From a virus (taxonomy: Duplodnaviria; Caudoviricetes), in the IMG/VR virus record IMGVR_UViG_3300042402_003545, positions 1 through 28,580 of that record: DNA of 28,580 nucleotides; one strand, 5' to 3'. Positions within the stretch are counted from its first letter, which is position 1. Each line of letters starts with the position of its first letter. Both the position numbers and the translations under genes were made by a program. The notes under the pieces are model-generated. The model was not told the origin of the DNA, did no database searches, and saw only the letters and a list, made by a program, of their open reading frames with translations. Shown here one piece after another: positions 26,893 through 28,580 of this stretch.

Positions 26893-26900
26893 TATAAATA
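26893..26900 (-). promoter_or_regulatory. TATTTATA upstream motif
   Basis: Exact motif 4 nt upstream of ATG 26888, just downstream of the sheath terminator. Confidence 0.55.
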
Positions 26901-26910
26901 CCTTTATTAA

Positions 26911-26941
26911 ACAAAAATCCCCCATTTGTGGTGGGGGATTT
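26911..26941 (-). terminator. Intrinsic terminator after the tail sheath gene
   Basis: Minus strand AAATCCCCCA-ccacaaa-TGGGGGATTT-TTGT. Confidence 0.8.
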
Positions 26942-26960
26942 CGAAATACTATTGATAGTA

Positions 26961-28580
26961 TTAAATATTCTCAAACGAAGCTCCTGTTGGAGTGATGAAG
27001 AATTCAATGTCGATGAATTCTAACGCCTTCGTAGGTTTTAAGTAAATCTTACCTGTAAGTGTATTTCTATCCAAATCTTCAGGTGAAGAAGAAACTGTTA
27101 CACGGAAATCGTATAAACCTCTGTCTCTTCTGATTGAATCTAAGATTGGGTTAACACTGTCTAAGAATTGTTGTCTAACGATTTGGTCGTTTTGTTCAAA
27201 CAATAATCTTACAGCCACCGCTGAAATCAACTTACGAGCTTGTAACAACAATCTTCTAACGTTTAATCTGTTAAGAGCAGTATCAGCAACTTGTAAAGTT
27301 TTGTTACCCCAAATTACAGTTCCTACATCAGAGAAAGTAGCGATTGGGTTGATTCTACCTTGATATAAAGTATCTCTATCTTCTTGAGTTAGTTTAACTC
27401 TCGCTTTAACTGAATTAACAAGACCTCTTGTGTAACCCGCTGATGCGAACCAAGGGAATGCGATGTTATCAGTCAATGCTAAGTTTCTACAAACTTCACC
27501 AGTCGCTGGTAAGTAGATTTGAGTATTGTTAACTGTATCTCTTGTTAATATCCAAGGATAATAAGTAGCTGTGTAGTTTGAATCAATTCCTGTGTTATCA
27601 AGAGAATCTACAGCTTCTTGTGGATAAACAATCAATTGAGGGTCTGTAGCATCTGGTGAGAACATATCGTAGTCAGGAGTCGTTGTGATATACACAGAAT
27701 CCGCTCTTTGGAATTGAATCATATCGATAGCCGCCTCAACTAAGTTTGAGTTATCTACATAGTTAATTGATGCAGTTGCAAACACGTTAATGTTTGTAGA
27801 TTCAGGGTTAGCGTATGTTAAGATACCAAGTAAGTAAGCGTAGTAGTCAGTGTTAGCAAAATCACTTCTGTTATTCTGAACAACAATTCTCTTGAATAAA
27901 CCATCACCTGTTGCTGTTGGGTATCTTTGGTCAGGTGCGAAACCTGCTAAGAAACCTGTAGCACCTAATTGGAATCTATCTTCATTAGTTCTGAATTCTC
28001 TATAGATATCCCATCCGTCAAATCCACCAGCAAAACAACAAGTGTATTTTCTAGCGTAGATGAAATAGTAAGGGTTTTCTTGAGATTCAGGGTCATTTCT
28101 AAATTCAGCAACTCCACACTCATAAGCCGTTTGACCACTTGTATCATAAACGTTTCCGATTGTTACAACAGTTGCACCTGAGTCCATGTGGAAACCTTTT
28201 GAAAGATAGTTCCAAGGAATAGAATCAGTTGCTTGTGCCCAATCAGTTGTTGGATTTTGTTGACCTTTATATTGTAAGAAAGAATCATCGATACCAAACT
28301 GAGTTGAGAAACCTAAATATGTTCTTCTAACAACATCACCAGGAGACTCTACTGTGTTTGAACCACCAGAGTTAGTTCCGAATGGAGGGTTATAAATAAC
28401 TTCACCTGGGAAGTAGTATTTTGTTTTGTATACAATCATAGGAGAAGGATTCGACATTGAATCATATTCTCTCTGTGTATATCCATTGAAACCACAAGGT
28501 AAAGCATCTATAGGAGCTCCGTCAGCCATTTCAACCATGATGTATTTTGATACTAAAGCATACTCGCCATTTGAAGTCCC
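26961..28580 (-). CDS. Tail sheath protein, T4 gp18-like (start lies beyond the right edge)
   Basis: YTATYYPW, PWFASAGYTRG, RDTLYQGRINPI, VIWGNKTLQ, LNRLNVRRLL, LFEQND, IYLKPTKALEFIDIEF; the frame stays open from 28538 to 28580 (GTSNGEYALVSKYI). Confidence 0.95.
   Translation of the reverse strand, partial: GTSNGEYALVSKYIMVEMADGAPIDALPCGFNGYTQREYDSMSNPSPMIVYKTKYYFPGEVIYNPPFGTNSGGSNTVESPGDVVRRTYLGFSTQFGIDDSFLQYKGQQNPTTDWAQATDSIPWNYLSKGFHMDSGATVVTIGNVYDTSGQTAYECGVAEFRNDPESQENPYYFIYARKYTCCFAGGFDGWDIYREFRTNEDRFQLGATGFLAGFAPDQRYPTATGDGLFKRIVVQNNRSDFANTDYYAYLLGILTYANPESTNINVFATASINYVDNSNLVEAAIDMIQFQRADSVYITTTPDYDMFSPDATDPQLIVYPQEAVDSLDNTGIDSNYTATYYPWILTRDTVNNTQIYLPATGEVCRNLALTDNIAFPWFASAGYTRGLVNSVKARVKLTQEDRDTLYQGRINPIATFSDVGTVIWGNKTLQVADTALNRLNVRRLLLQARKLISAVAVRLLFEQNDQIVRQQFLDSVNPILDSIRRDRGLYDFRVTVSSSPEDLDRNTLTGKIYLKPTKALEFIDIEFFITPTGASFENI

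Noticed and set aside
1231-28181. Other short plus-strand ORFs and nested minus-strand ORFs in the track (e.g. 1316-1564, 2492-2767, 5617-5949, 7747-8064, 16081-16437, 23545-23847)
   Set aside because: All overlap well-supported genes and show no recognisable motifs; treated as shadow ORFs.
1-28580. Stop-codon reassignment as in some large phages
   Set aside because: Genes up to 6.8 kb are intact under code 11, and TAG (nrdJ, uvsX) and TGA (chaperone) fall at plausible protein ends.
9409-28580. Bacterial extracellular contractile injection system or T6SS locus
   Set aside because: The tail genes are interleaved with T4-like gp32, UvsX, exonuclease and helicase genes and share a phage-type upstream motif, which points to a phage genome.
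1-28580. tRNA, rRNA, CRISPR arrays or transposases
   Set aside because: Intergenic gaps are short and explained by terminators and the upstream motif; no such features were recognised by eye.

Overview
A 28.6 kb AT-rich segment of a large T4-like contractile-tailed (myovirus-type) phage, probably a jumbo phage. All credible genes are on the minus strand, tightly packed, and intact under genetic code 11. In transcription order (right to left): tail sheath (truncated), a 349-aa protein with a possible lysozyme fold, a HAD-family phosphatase, tail tube, a tail/baseplate assembly chaperone with an overlapping +1-frame ORF, a tape-measure-like protein, a 1661-aa tube-initiator-like protein with an inserted OmpA-like domain, a LysM/gp53-like protein, a 2267-aa baseplate-hub-like protein ending in an IPT/TIG domain, two hypotheticals, a replication/recombination block (gp32 SSB, UvsX/RecA, 5'-3' exonuclease, gp41/DnaB helicase, class II ribonucleotide reductase, DUF5522-like Cys protein), then gp25-like and gp6-like (truncated) baseplate wedge genes. 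The main unexplained signals are a candidate +1/-2 frameshift (UUU_UUU_CGC) in the chaperone, a recurrent TATTTATA upstream motif that is the reverse complement of the T4 late promoter, enlarged baseplate proteins with envelope-binding-type domains, and a shared N-terminal peptide resembling a capsid-targeting/protease-cleavage leader. All calls come from reading motifs by eye; no searches were run.
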